A stretch of 64,000 bases of DNA from Podarcis vaucheri (lineage: Eukaryota), in assembly GCA_965113315.1 (NCBI GenBank), contig OZ220368.1. The stretch is one strand, 5' to 3'. Every line of letters begins with the position of its first letter. Position 1 is the first letter of the stretch. A program made the position numbers and the translations under genes. The notes under the pieces were generated by a model. It saw only the letters and a list, made by a program, of their open reading frames with translations. It searched no databases and was not told where the DNA came from. Positions 25,916 to 38,990 of the stretch are shown piece by piece.

Positions 25916-26302
25916 CATGCAATAGAGTTACAGCTTCTCTTGGGGCCAGCATTTCAAGTATTTTGCTCACAAGCTGTATGGAGGGCCTTCTTTTAAAATG
26001 TACCAAAATATTTCACTAAGCTGTGTTTCGCAAAATTTATTCATAGATAATTTATTCTGATCCTATTAGGGATCAGAGAGGGACAAAGCATTGCAAGCTC
26101 TGGGCAGTATCTGACTACCATGCTTGCGCAACAGAAGTGCCCCCCCCATCCTCCCTATATCTGTTCTGAGGCATGTGGAGAAAGGGATGGGGGAAGTTCT
26201 ACTGCGCAAGCGAATACCGCATTGTGATGGCAGCCTGCTGCGCTTCTCTATTTGTAAGATTTAAACAGGCATTGCCTGAGGACTATCAAGCCTATCTTTT
26301 TA

Positions 26303-26370
26303 ACTACATGAGCAAAAAGTACCTACATGAGTACTACATGAGCAAAAGTACTACATGAGCAAAAAGTACC
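26303..26370 (+). repeat. Short tandem repeat, ~18-bp unit (ACTACATGAGCAAAAAGT)
   Basis: Three full and one truncated copy, seen directly. Confidence 0.85.
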
Positions 26371-26495
26371 GAAAGACTGACATTTTCTGAATGCTAAATA
26401 CGATGCCCACTTCTGCATCCTATGCTTTGTAGTGATAAAACTTGATAATCACTGGCATGTGTTATCTAGGCATGCCACATGCATGGAGCCACTTT

Positions 26496-27767
26496 TTTTT
26501 TTTTTTTCAAATTCTTTTTATTATTCTTTCCATAAAGAAAATAAAAACAGACATGCGCATAGATAAAGCAGAACATAGTAAAGAAAAAAAAAAAGGAGAA
26601 AAGAAAGAAAAGAATTACAAACGGATTAAATAGAAAAAATACACAAGTTTTCTTATTTTCATAGTTCTCCTATAACTTAGTTGTTTCTTTGAGGACTTCC
26701 TTCAACTTAGCCGCGAATCATACAAAATACATAAATAAAGTTACACGTTTCCTCGTTCTTATTGTCGTTGTGTCCAATTTTGTTCTCTATTTTCCTTACA
26801 CAATAACCATAGTCTGTCACAGTACATCTCTAAATCCCTCTAGCGTTATTTGTCCCTCACTAATAACTTCCAGATAATCAACGTACTTTCCCCAGTCCTT
26901 GATGAACACTTGGTCTTTTAAGTATCTGATTTTCCCCGTTAGTTTATCGAGTTCTGCATATTCTGATAATTTAGATCTCCACTCCTCCACCGTTGGGGTT
27001 TCCTGCTGTTTCCACCTCTGGGCTATTAAGATCCTTGCAGCCGTGACTGCATAATATACCAATCTACAATCCTCCTTCTTTATCTGTTGCAATATCCCTA
27101 GCAGAAAGATTTCTGGTCTCTTTATGAACGTGTACTTTAATATCTTTTTCAATTCTGTGTATACCTTCTCCCAAAATTGTTTTACCTTTCCACACTCCCA
27201 CCACATGTGGTAGAAGGAACCCTCTGCCTCTTTACACCTCCAACACTTGTTGTTTACCTTATACATTTTTGAAAGTTTCATAGGTGTTAGATGCCACCTA
27301 TAGAACATCTTCATGACATTTTCTTTTATCGCGGTACACGCTGTAAAATTCAACCCATCACTCCATAATCTTTCCCAATCCTCATATTGTATGCTGTGAC
27401 CTATGTCTTTTGCCCAGCGAATCATTACTGATTTAATTTCCTCCTCCCCTAAATTCCAGTCAAGGAGCATCCTATACGTTTTAGATATATTTTTCACCTT
27501 ACTGTTTATTATTTCCATTTGGAATTTCGAATCTTTATCTGCGTAGCCTCTTTCTTTGATATAAATTAGAACCCAAAACACCACACTGGTTATCACCCCT
27601 TGAACTAATCAGCAGGAAAACTACCAACATGGGAGGAAACTGGGCAACATACAATCAGTTAGTGACTAAAGTAGACGGGAAATGGAGAACCAAACCTTAC
27701 GAGCAGATAAAAGAATATGTTTACGATTGGCTTAATCACCAGCAGGTTAATCAGATGCTTAGTAAGG
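26496..27767 (-). mobile_element. L1-clade LINE, 5'-truncated and 5'-inverted
   Basis: Poly(A) (T run 26493-26507), AATAAA 26517-26522, uninterrupted ORF2 C-terminus 27560-26817 with CCHC knuckle CWRC-x8-H-x4-C, inverted 5' piece 27561-27767, 19-bp TSD. Confidence 0.93.
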
Positions 27768-29103
27768 ACATGCATGGAGCCACTTTGTACATTTGTGGCA
27801 TAATCCAGGGGTTCTCAAACTTCCTTCCCCCAGAGCCCACTTGAGGTGTTTGACCACGGCCCCCCACTCTCAAAATGGTGGTGCAAGGGCAGTGCCAGTC
27901 ATAAAATGGAGACAGGTGGCTTCTGATATAATCAGCCAGCAATTACTGACATCATTTTCAGCTAAGAGCTAATCTAGCATTGGATACTTTGCCACTGCAA
28001 TCTTTACCACTGTTTTCCTTGTGGCAAGGAGTTCCACAGCTCTGTCTTGCTCTGGAGCTATTAACAGCCTCTCCATTTTAGTCAGAATCTGCTGATCCAG
28101 AGGTTCTAAAAGGCATGTGTCCATCTCATCCCCGCATGCATTTCAATGAATTTTTACCCATCTCTCATCCCCTACCCCATCTTCCCTTCATGCTCGGCTT
28201 TGTACCTTATCCACCCCCCTCAACTGCCAGGGTTTTTTTCATTCCTCCTCCCTGTTTCTTAGACATTCACTACTTTCTACCTATAACAATTTTTCCAATA
28301 ACATCATATTTTCAGTTTGTTTTAGTAATCTTTTGTTCCATTTTCTTATTTCTTTTAAGAACCTCTTCTGGCCCTTTCTCCTCGCAGAAGGGAGACTTCC
28401 TCTCCTGCTCCAGCCCAATGCCTGTCTCAGCTGCCCCTTATTATTGATGCTGGCATTGGTCAAACCAAAAGCCCATTGCATGGCTGATAAAAGTTTGGAG
28501 CCCAGCAGAATCCTGAGGGACAGATATGTTCTGCCTTCACCTCCCAGGTAGAGGCTATAGGAGTAAAGGGAGAACTGCCTGAGACCCTAGGTTTGATAGC
28601 TAATGCCTTTCTCCCTATTTCACTCTAGATACTGGCCTCCACCAAACAATCAGCTTGCTTAAGGCTATTATCCCTGGGGCATGTTTGCCTATTTAGCACT
28701 TTGTGGAAGCCATAGAACTAGGCTCCATTTAAACATGGTAGACTTTGTTTTATATAGACACACAAACACATGCATCACAGCAAATTCCACTGATGGCTAC
28801 AGGTATTAACCATTTGCTTGTTATAATCCTGTCTTCCTCCAAATAACATAATAGCAGCTTCTCTAAATTTAAGATTAAATAGCAGGATTTGGACTTTGTA
28901 TTTGTTCTGGTAACTGGATCAAATATCTGCTGATCTGTTACAGAAGACAGGCTTCCAATTATCTCATTACTGAAGATATGTCGTCCCCCCCACAGTAGAA
29001 ATGAAATGAAATGAAATGAAATGTATTAATCCAGCTGTTTCTTCAAAGTCCCCAGTTAAGAGAGCCAGATGACTTTAAATGGTTGGGTCTTCTGGCTTTT
29101 GTT

Positions 29104-29138
<35 letters not shown>
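29104..29138 (+). repeat. (TAG)n microsatellite adjoining a reversed L2/SINE tail; (GAAAT)n nearby at 28997-29022
   Basis: Seen directly. Confidence 0.85.
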
Positions 29139-29139
<1 letters not shown>

Positions 29140-31667
29140 ATTTATTATTTATACCCCAACCATCTGGCTGGGTAGCCACAAATGTTCTCCTCCCCTACGG
29201 TGGAAGCATTGTGGGAAGTTACAACTTAATATTCATTAGGATTATTAACCATAGGATCACATGCTTTGCTGACTTGCACTTTGACACTGTTTGTCCAGCC
29301 TTAAGCAATGGTTTGCTTAAGACTGGGCACCTGCAGAGACTATAGAAACAACCCAAGAGATGTGATGTGCTGCTCCCCACAGCTGCTTTTTATTCTTAAA
29401 GCTGCTGACAGGCCCTAAGCCCTGCCTCAACCCTTGGACTACTTGCGAAGGCTAAATGCACTTGCAGGTGTTTTCAGTGAACCCCCAAGGCAGCTCTCCG
29501 ATTCCTTACGCTTAATCTCTTAATCCAGGACCACCGGTTCAGTGGCCCTAGGGGAGCCACTCATTGGTTCTGCTGCTCTCTTGCACTTTCATTTCTACGC
29601 AGCATCTCCTTTGTACCAGCCAGCGTGCAGCTGTTGGAATTGCCACCGGCCAGCTGTTCAGCAGGGTCCCTATGGCCAATCCTGCATCTTGCCAGCGCTC
29701 TTGTAGCTGTTGCTCTTCTTGCTTCCTTCTGTAATAGTTTGGGACGAGGTTGTTTAAGTCATTAACAAACAAAGAGAATGGATTTAAAGTTATCCCAATT
29801 CCCCACCTCTACCCCACTGTAGTAAAAGCTATACACTAAAAAACTTTTTTTTTAAAAAAAAAGTGTCATCAGAAATCTGACTTTACATCCCTTCCTATGA
29901 TATAAATTGCAGAATTTTTTAATGTAGTGTTTTGCTGTGAAACTGGGAATTTTGTTTAGATTCGTTTTTGCAGTGAAGGTGTTTGCTGGGTTTTAGAATA
30001 CTTTAGCTAAAGCATATTAGAAGTTTATAGTATAAAAACCTGCTGGTTTATGGTTCTAGAGCATACGGAACAACAAATACTACTTGGTCATAACACTGGC
30101 TGCAAGTTAAGGTAGCTATTCTGATGTGTGGGTGGTGGTGGTGGGAATTATACATCATGAATGTCTATTATCTGGTTATGCTAATTCTATTTCAGAACAC
30201 CCAGGGGGATCATTGTCCTGTCTAGCGCTGGACTACAAATGATAGGTGGCAAGAGCCTGTCCCAAGCTGGCCTTAGATGAGATAAAAATGAAACGCCAAT
30301 TGTGCAATGCATTCATTTCCCATTTTCCTTTTTCCCTGTTAGGGAGTACAGGAAGAATGTGTGCAACTGAAGTCTAAGATTGAGTTGTTTGTGGGCACAT
30401 GCAAACCCCTGGTAGAGCTATTAGCACAGCCTGCAGAGTTTGATTTCATACTAGCTTCACATCAAGGGAACATGCTGTTTTAAGAAACAATTCTCCCCTT
30501 GAACAGCATACAGGCTTCATCATGCACTGTGTTTTATCTGAGCCATGCATACCTGTTGAAACAGTTCAGACAAAGAGATCAACGAGTGGGAGCAACTTCA
30601 AAAGCCTATCACAAACACTCTGGCAGGTCCCTGGGGCCTAGCCTTAGAATTGTCACCGTAGTATAGAAACTGTAGGAGGAGAGAGCATTTGTCTGTGCTC
30701 ATAACAGAGGGAAACAAGAGGGTGGAAAGGCGTGTTGAGAATACAGATTGTTCCTGGTGGTTTTGTTGATGCGTTTTCTTTTCATATCTAAGAGACACAA
30801 ACCGCTCAGCCAGGTCTCCCTGTATAGCACTAGGCCTTGTGTAGCCATTGTCTGATGGCTTGCTCACTGTGGCTGAGGAGCTGCCGAGTGCTACCATCGT
30901 GCTAGCTGAAAATCTCTGGTATCGGATAGCTCCCCTACATCACAAGTCAGTTCTACATCTGTCAAAATCCATCCAGTCCTGAAGTGGCAACGAGATGCCA
31001 GTTTTGAGGGCCTGTGGCGTGTTAAGATGATGTATCCAGCATCACACAGGCAATTGCTGTTGACATCCCTAGCAAGACCTGACAGTAACATGTTGGAAAG
31101 CCTCCTGCAGCTAGTATATTATTAGCTACATAAAGATGAGGTTGTAAAATAGATTTTCTCCTCAGTTCTATGCAAATAATAGAATTCAACCAAGCCGAAA
31201 AGAATTTTCTGTTTCTTGGACAAGCACAAATTAAGAAGCTCACAATGTTTCAGTTGGAAATATTTTTTTCTACAACTAGCTTTCTGGTAGAGCAGAATTG
31301 CTTTGTCAAAGTTTTGCTGCTTCTTGCTTGATCAGAAGCAAACTGCAGCTATGCAGTAGGGTGGTTCAGCCTCTCTTGCTTAGGGAGCTCTGTCCCCTTT
31401 GGGTGCATGCCATTATCTTTTCAAAAGATTTACATTCTTCTACAGAAAAGATGGGGAATGTGCCAGCAGATGCAGCACAGTAGCATGGCAAGCCTCTACA
31501 TCCTCTTGTTTCCTCTTACCCCATAAGAAGTTCTCAGGAGCTGATTGGTCCCCTCTTTCCCAGTGACCAATCAAAAGCCTCTGGCTAGACCTTAAGCATA
31601 TGAAAGCAGTCCTCTCTACTGTTGTTACTCTCTAGCAACTGTTCCTTGGAGGCATTTGAACCTAGAG

Positions 31668-31852
31668 CAGAGCTTTTCAAACTCTGACTCACAACACGTT
31701 AGTGTGTCAGCTGAATGCTCCCTGCACTCCCCAAGGGGCTGGAAAGGGGTTAGTTTAACCTCCGGTTTGCCAGCAAAACTGAATTACCATAGTCACAAAA
31801 TGATGCATGTCTAAAATTTATGTCACCAACAATAAAAGTGTGGAAAGCTCTG
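31668..31852. mobile_element. hAT-Charlie-type MITE inserted in an old CR1 fragment
   Basis: TIR CAGAGCTTTTCAAACT / AGTGTGGAAAGCTCTG (14/16); perfect 8-bp TSD ACCTAGAG (31660-67, 31853-60). Confidence 0.88.
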
Positions 31853-33589
31853 ACCTAGAGATTGACTATAGCCATCATCACTAGTAATTGTTCACAGAGT
31901 TATTCTACAGTGGTCTGTCTAATCTTTTAAAGCCATCTAAGTTAGCGCTTGTTGCATCTTGTCAACGAATTCCAAAAGTTATTCTTTATGAGAAGAACTT
32001 TCTTTTGTCTGTCCTGGACCAACTGCTAATGGGTCTCTTTGCTGAATCCCAATAAGCAGGAAACTAGCTACTTTCTCCCCACCAAGCACAAATCTTACAT
32101 CCTATTTTTTTTCATTAAAGGACCCCAAATGCTAGATCATTTGTTGGGAACATGTTTCATCTTTAGCAGCACTGTGGTTGTACTTAGTTAAGCTCAAAAA
32201 ATATAATTCAGCTGGTAACTGCATATCATTGCAGATATGGAGAGCTCTATTTCTTTCTTCCCTCCAACATGAGGACCATTCACTTATTCTCGCTCTCAGT
32301 GTCCTGGGGATACCCAGCCCGATGGGAGGGGTATAAATAATGTTGTTGTTGTTGTTATCAACCAGTTACCCATCCATGAGGACTTGTCCTTTTATCCCAT
32401 AGCAGTGAAGTTTGTTCAGGAAAGAACTATCTGTGGCAGAAACCATGTTGATTCTTAAATGATCTTTTAATAATGCTCTCTACCAGTTGACCTGGCCCAG
32501 ATGATAAGCTAACTAACTTGCAATTTGCATGATCCTGCTCCCTTTTTAAAAGTGCTACATTAGACTAGAGTAGGAAATAGCTAATGCCATCTAACTTTAC
32601 AAGAACATTGAGTCAATATGGCACTCTCCAGAGGTTTCTATCAGCCCTAGCCAGAGTGGCTAATGGTTAGGGAACGTTGGAAGCGCAGTACACAACAACT
32701 ACCCCTTCCCAAGCACTTCATTTCTTGGTCACTCTTGAGTTCTTTACACTCCCTCCCTGGAAGTTCAGGCACAAGTCTCTGTCCTACATCTTCCACTGTT
32801 GACTATATACAGTGAATTTATTCAATTTTGCTGCTTTATCTTCACCCATTTGTTTTCTAGCAACCCAAATAGCTTTGTTCAGTTTCCTGATGAATTTTAG
32901 AGATTTTTTTAAAAACTTTGTTTCACTTAGCTTATTGTCAAGTTAGATTTGAGCAAGTTAGATTCCTTTTCTAAAGGAAGCTTACTTTTTTTTTACAACT
33001 TCCTGAATGTATCAATGACACAAACCTTTATAGACATAATAATATACATAATACTACTATTGGTATATATTCTAGCTATGTGTATCATTATGGTCTAAAT
33101 GAAAATTCAAAACATTTGAGAGATTTGATCTTCTTAAATCTCAACTAGTCCTCTCATTGTTTAGAATTCTTCCTCTGCAACTAAGACACTATATACAGTA
33201 GTTGTTTGGAATAACAACTTTCAACTTGGCTGTTTGAAGCCCTAGAATGTCACCTACTCCCTAATGACTGAACAAATGCAACTGAAGATGTTTCGTAAAA
33301 GTGCATTACTTGATTGCTGCCACCCCAGAACTTGTATTAATATTGTCACTCAACCTAAGTTGGGTTTTTTTTGGGGGGGGGTGAGCTGCTATGAGGATGA
33401 AAGACAGGATTATGGCCCAAGTATAGCTAGCCTTAAGTGCAGAACTAGATTTTGCTTTCCATTCTTTCTTGTAAAAGTAGAACACTGGCACTTAATGATT
33501 CAAAATGAACGCCAATATTAAGGTGTTAAATGTTATGACAACAGATTGAAACAATATTATTTACATGTGACACTTATATATAAAGAAAC

Positions 33590-33595
33590 TTTATT
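33590..33595 (-). terminator. MRPL37: Probable MRPL37 polyadenylation signal AATAAA
   Basis: tttatt on the + strand, about 90 nt past the stop codon. Confidence 0.6.
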
Positions 33596-33681
33596 TTTTT
33601 TAAAAAAAATTAAATAGTCTCTAACCCTTAACTGCACCGTAAGCATATGCATTACAGGAGGAAACAAAGGCAGAGCTCTGC

Positions 33682-33759
33682 TCACACGACACCATGCAAG
33701 TACAATGCCAGGAACTTCTTGAATGTGTCCGGTTGATAGCCATGTATTCCAGCTGGAAT
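33682..33759 (-). CDS. MRPL37: MRPL37 exon 7 (IPAGIHGYQPDTFKKFLALYLHGVV*)
   Basis: ctacag|ATT...GTG TGA; 78 nt; FxKFLALYLHG C-terminus as in mL37; total CDS 1305 nt = 434 aa. Confidence 0.93.
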   Translation of the reverse strand: MPAGIHGYQPDTFKKFLALYLHGVV

Positions 33760-34301
33760 CTGTAGGGGGGAAATTTTGGATTTTCAATGTCTGTCATACA
33801 CATTAATACAGCAATACATTTCACTGTGCTCAAATACCATCTTAAGTTTATTCTCATCCTGTCCCTTCCCTGAAACAAAGGAAAGGAAGCAATTTCTTGA
33901 AGAGGATATAAAAAGGATTCAAACAACTTAAGGTTTTGTGTTTGTTTTTTTTACTTTTGGATATCCTGAAGAGATGCTGTCAGAACCAGGCTCTAATCAG
34001 CCAACATGCACTTGAGTATGGCATTATCATTAAGGCATCTGTGCATGCCTGTTACGTGTACTTTTACAATGTTACACACTGGTCATTTCTGCTTCTAATG
34101 CACTCTAAGTAATCACATGGGTGCTAGGCATGAAGCACCTCAGTGCTACTGAGAGTCTTAACTTAATGATGTTCAGGATGCCCGCTATTCTAGTTTCAGA
34201 GAATTAATATGTTGCCTTTTAGTCTCCAAGCTTTTCTGTCTAAACTATAAAGCTAGACCGAGTTCCTGCGGCAGCAAGTCATTCTATCTTCATCAGCATA
34301 C

Positions 34302-34505
34302 CCGGACAACTTTCTTCTTGATTACTGGACGACTCCTGAAATCCTCATACAGAAGATGATCTGCATCCATCCAGGCCAGGTTTTTAACACCATTGCTAGA
34401 GTCTAGGTCTGTTGTATTCAACTGGAACACCAGGAAATGGAAGCGTTGGCCATCTGTAGCCACAGTCTGCACAACAATGGGGTTCTCCAGGACCCTGGGC
34501 TCATC
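34302..34505 (-). CDS. MRPL37: MRPL37 exon 6 (DEPRVLENP...[14 protein letters not shown]...VIKKKVVR)
   Basis: ttccag|GAT...CGG|gtatgc; 204 nt. Confidence 0.95.
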
Positions 34506-35714
34506 CTGGAAATCGGCATGAGAGGGAAGTGTGAAATAAGAAGCCATAGGATAAGCTCCGTTGGTCAAGAGAAATGCTGTACAGTAGTAAAAAGAAGAAT
34601 ACTGCCTATTTTATAACTGGGTGAAACCGTGAATGGGTTCAATTCTTAATTTGTTAATGAAATAAAGATAAAAAGGCACACAGTGTGGCTGTATCAGAGG
34701 TGGTTAACTTGTGGCCCTTCAGGTGCAGTTGCACTGCAGTTCCCATCATCCTTACCAGCGGAGTCCAACCACCCTTAATGAGCCACGGATTCCCCCATCC
34801 CTGATTTACTCTTAAGCTTTGCCACCCGAATGTACTTGAAAACATGTAAAGTTGTCTGTCCACATGTGGATAACTGGGGATAGAAGGTAGCGCAGGAAAG
34901 GGTCACAATGGATGGTAGAAAGATGCTAGACAGCAGCGCAAACATCTGGCCAGGAAAACATTTTGAGTTGATAAGACAGGCTAGCAAGACAGAGAACTAC
35001 AATTATGTCTGATTTTAGTTTGGGGGAAGAAGTGGCACCTACTTGGAGGGTTTGCCAGAGGCCAAGCCAAACCTCAACAAAAGCTGCAGGACTTGAGGAC
35101 AATCTGTGACAGCTCTCCATGCTCATAAGTTCAAATACCAACTATCAGCTAAAAAAGCTGCTTCAATCCCATTGGGCTTTTTTCCTCTTCTGTTCAGGTA
35201 CCAGACATTTACCAGACTATTATTTATTCGGTATTTTATATGAGAAAACCATGTTGAATAGAGTACCATGACGCCCACAACTGACCTAGAATTCAACCAA
35301 GGCTTTTCAGTTAGACTCCTGGATGACAAGGACCATACAACTTAGCAACAAGAATTTGTTTTCCTACATCAGTCAGTCCCCAACAATCCCACACTCCGTG
35401 TGGACAGCAGAAATGGAAAGTGCCAGCTTTTTAGGGGTTTTTTAAATGCAACTTATGGGTCACAATACCACAGTGTCCTAGCACTGCCAAAACACCAACT
35501 CTGAAACACACCAAGCTTCCATGTGGATTTGCCCATGGAAGGTTAGAGAGCAAAGCACAGAAGGAGCTTCAGCAAACTTTTGCCTCTGAGTTAGGATCAG
35601 CAGCTAGCGTGGTGACCATTACTGGAATGATTGGACGAATAGAAGCAACTAACTGCCATCTCCTAATTTGGAAAGCATATGCCATAGTTTTCCTGCAAAA
35701 ATCTTAATACTCAC

Positions 35715-35866
35715 CCCATATAGCTCCTTTGCTTTGGCCAGAGCATTCCCAAAAGCAAACATTATCATTTTCGCCTGAAGCTGTGGTGGCCTCATTTTAC
35801 GTACGGTGTCATACTGAGCAATGTACACAGTGTGAGGATAAGGGTATGGGTACCCTTCTCGGAAAC
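35715..35866 (-). CDS. MRPL37: MRPL37 exon 5 (FREGYPYPYPHT...MIMFAFGNALAKAKELYG)
   Basis: ctttag|GT...GGG|gtgagt; 152 nt, phase 1/0. Confidence 0.95.
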
Positions 35867-36079
35867 CTAAAGCACAAATCAGGTGATAGTTAGATCTCAC
35901 AACTCATTGCTCAAGAAGAAGACAATTTCTAAAGTACAATTAAGAAACCTGACATTTTAGTGTATTGACTTCAACCCCCTATTCTCACATATGCCATCTG
36001 ATACAATCTCATCCATAACAAATTAACTTCTGTGAAAATGATTTTTTTCCCTTAATCCTCCAAGCTCTAGGAAACTCAC

Positions 36080-36265
36080 CTGTATCATTTTTAATGTCAT
36101 ATGCATTAATTTCTTGAAGGTCAATTGTAGGCAAAACAGGGTAGAAGGTTTCTAAAGTGTGGTTTTCAGTGGCTAATATCTCATCTTTGGAGGCTATAGG
36201 CCGTAGAAGGTTCGTTGCATTCAAAATCTTCCCGTGGGGACCACGAACCTGAAGTAGAACAGATT
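36080..36265 (-). CDS. MRPL37: MRPL37 exon 4 (SVLLQVRG...LETFYP...KNDTG)
   Basis: ttacag|AA...ACAG|gtgagt; 186 nt, phase 1/1. Confidence 0.95.
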
Positions 36266-37215
36266 CTGTAAAGGAAAACAGTGGACTGTAAATAGATCCT
36301 TCCTCAATAGAACTATGCTGAAGCTATCAGCTGACCCATATAAATACCATTCCAAAAATGCTCTTGTAATCCACTAGCACAGGGGGCAATCTCCTTTTCT
36401 GTTTGGACAGCAGGTACTAGCACTCTCCTATTCATGCTCCCTCCCATGTTGAGCAAAAGAAGACCTTCACGACTTCCCATGAATATGCATAGCTAAATGT
36501 ACAAGTCCTCATTGATTGTGGATACTTCCCATATACTTACTTAGGGGAGCTTACTGTTGTTGTATTATTGGAACCATCAATTTCCAGAAAATGTAATGGC
36601 ACGCCCTTGGCTAGGAAGGGCACCTAGGCTAGTGTGGATGTCAATGAAACATGGTATATTTTCTATAAAGGGTTTCTGCCCTCCAAGACTGAGAGCAAGT
36701 GGAATCAGTCACTACAGGAACTGGGTAGGTGGTCAGCAGATCAAGCTAATGAAATCATTTGGTTCATGGCCAAAATTAAGATCATATTTTTCGATCAAGC
36801 TCTATTATTTTCAGGAACACAAGTCCCAAATGCTTTGAGAACATAAACTACCAATACGTATTTTACAGAAATGTCCTGCTAAAGATCCAGCATTTATATC
36901 AAATGTGCACATTTTGCAAGTTTACAGTAAAGAACAGTCCCCTCTAATTTCAGGAGAGCTATAAAAGCCATTTCTTTACCAATAAAATTCCATAAGCTTC
37001 AGAGCAAACGGATCATATGCCTTTATTTCTTAATGGTGAGGGCTGACCATATTTCCCCAAGGAGGAGCCACCACTGCCCTGTCCCACCACACTCCTAGCA
37101 TCTCCCAGGGGTGTGGCCATAAGCAGGGCTTCTCCAGCTGACCTTAAGGCAATATGGTGGACAGAACAGGGAGAGGTGTTCTTTTAGACAATTCTACTGG
37201 GATAAAGAGACATAC

Positions 37216-37331
37216 CTCGTTCCCATGCAGCTGCCACTCTGTGGTCTTGAGCAAACATTCTTTTACCCAATAAGGGGAATTTGGCTGTCATCGTCCTGCA
37301 TAAGTGAAGCAAGTCTTCTAAAAGTACAGGG
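37216..37331 (-). CDS. MRPL37: MRPL37 exon 3 (PVLLEDLLHLC...AWERE)
   Basis: ctgaag|C...CGAG|gtatgt; 116 nt, phase 2/1. Confidence 0.92.
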
Positions 37332-38839
37332 CTTCAGAACAAAAAAATAACTAATTTACTGACAGTGCCCAAATCACAAATTATTACATAGCAGGATTTT
37401 CATGGATATTGGTTTGTAAATATTATAGCATTTGCAATGGCTAAAGGCATGTTCAGGCTCAAATGTGTGTTACACTTTACACTATGTTTCCAACTAGTGT
37501 TCAGAATTTGCTATGTGTATTTTGCACCTGACTATTGGCCACTTGTGACTAAGTGAAGGTGTCAGGTGCCATCCTGGTGCCCAGTCATCTCCCTCATCAG
37601 GCGGTGGATGCCTGGGGATCCTCGGATCTGGACTGTTTTCACACACTAGCAACATATCCTGCAGAATTCTACCCATTATATTTTATCTGCACAATCAGAA
37701 TGAATTTCAGAAACCAAAAAGTTGTATTGAAAAATACAACTTTTGAGTCGTCTGGCCCCCAAATGGCAACCAGACATTCCGTTTTGGCAAACGGAACGCT
37801 GCTTTAAGGAGTCATTTGGTGCCTAGCTTATGTATCTGAGTTTCTAACACTGTTCCCAACCACCCACGTTGAGCTGGAAGGTCTGCAGCAGGCTCCTACT
37901 CACCCTCACTTGCACATGAGTGGAAATTCCCTGTACTTGAACACGTTAATGGTCAGGGACTAGGGGGAGTGCTATGCAGGCAAATACACTGAAGACCATT
38001 CATGTGTTCAGCCAAATGCCTTAACACAACTTCAAATTATAGTTACAGTTAATTATACATAGGATAGTACACCAGGTATTCATTATTAAGAATGCCAGGA
38101 ATCAATAATTAAGCCAATCAGTGTTACCGGCAATCATCTGGAAACAATATTGTGCAAAGGCATAAGCAGAGCTACATTAAAATAGTTCTGTGCAAAAGGT
38201 AACCCAAATTCTATAGCAAGTCTCCTTTTGCATAATTTATTCTACTTCTAGTCATGGGTGATGACTGGAGGTGCGAATGCAGGTGGAGAGAGTTAATTTT
38301 TATTATTAGATATTTATCAGCAGTAGATTCAAAACAGTAATTCTTCTTACAAGGTGTAATTAATTTATGGAATCCATAGCCATTAAGACCACTAGCCAAA
38401 TTAATGAAGGCTAGGTTAGGTCTATCAGCAGCTAGTGGCAAGGCAAGCAGGCTAGATCCCTATCTCCCCCACCCCTCCAATCACCAAATTTGACAGGCAG
38501 GAGCAGTGGCAGCACTTTGAAGCCCCAATGATCCAAAACACCACACATGGCTCTCTGCATGCACTGGTGATCAGATGTGCTTGCACAGAACCAGTGGTCT
38601 TTAAAGGTGTCTCTGCAAGCACCTAAGATCAGCTGCTTGTTGAAACTTGAAAAGAGCCACACAGGCTTTGCAGGAGCTGCCAATGATGAAAATCAGTAGA
38701 GCCTGCAACCCCCTTTTTTGGCACAGTCACATCTTTACTGACCAACAGGACATAGCTTGGCTAAAAGTCTTGCAGGGCAAATGGAGAGGCTAAACTCAGT
38801 CTTAAGCCAACCACTGACTTAAGAAAACCTCCTGATTCA

Positions 38840-38990
38840 TAGCCAATGTACCTCCAAAGCTAGTTGCTGGGGGAGTGGCATCCCCTTTATGCTGAGTTTG
38901 TGAGCTTCCCAGAGGCATCTGATTGGCCAGAGTAAATAGCAGGACATTGGACTAGTTGGATTTTGGGTGTGATTTTCTTATGTCCTTAAG
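38840..38990 (+). mobile_element. Old CR1-like 3' end
   Basis: GCTTCCCAGAGGCATCTGATTGGCC...GGACTAG...TTCTTATGTCCTTA tail. Confidence 0.5.

Noticed and set aside
26817-27596. 259-aa ORF as a host gene
   Set aside because: It is the L1 ORF2 C-terminus; its listed start lies in the inverted segment and is an artefact.
29548-29772. Minus-strand 74-aa ORF between SSBP3 and MRPL37
   Set aside because: No homology or splice support.
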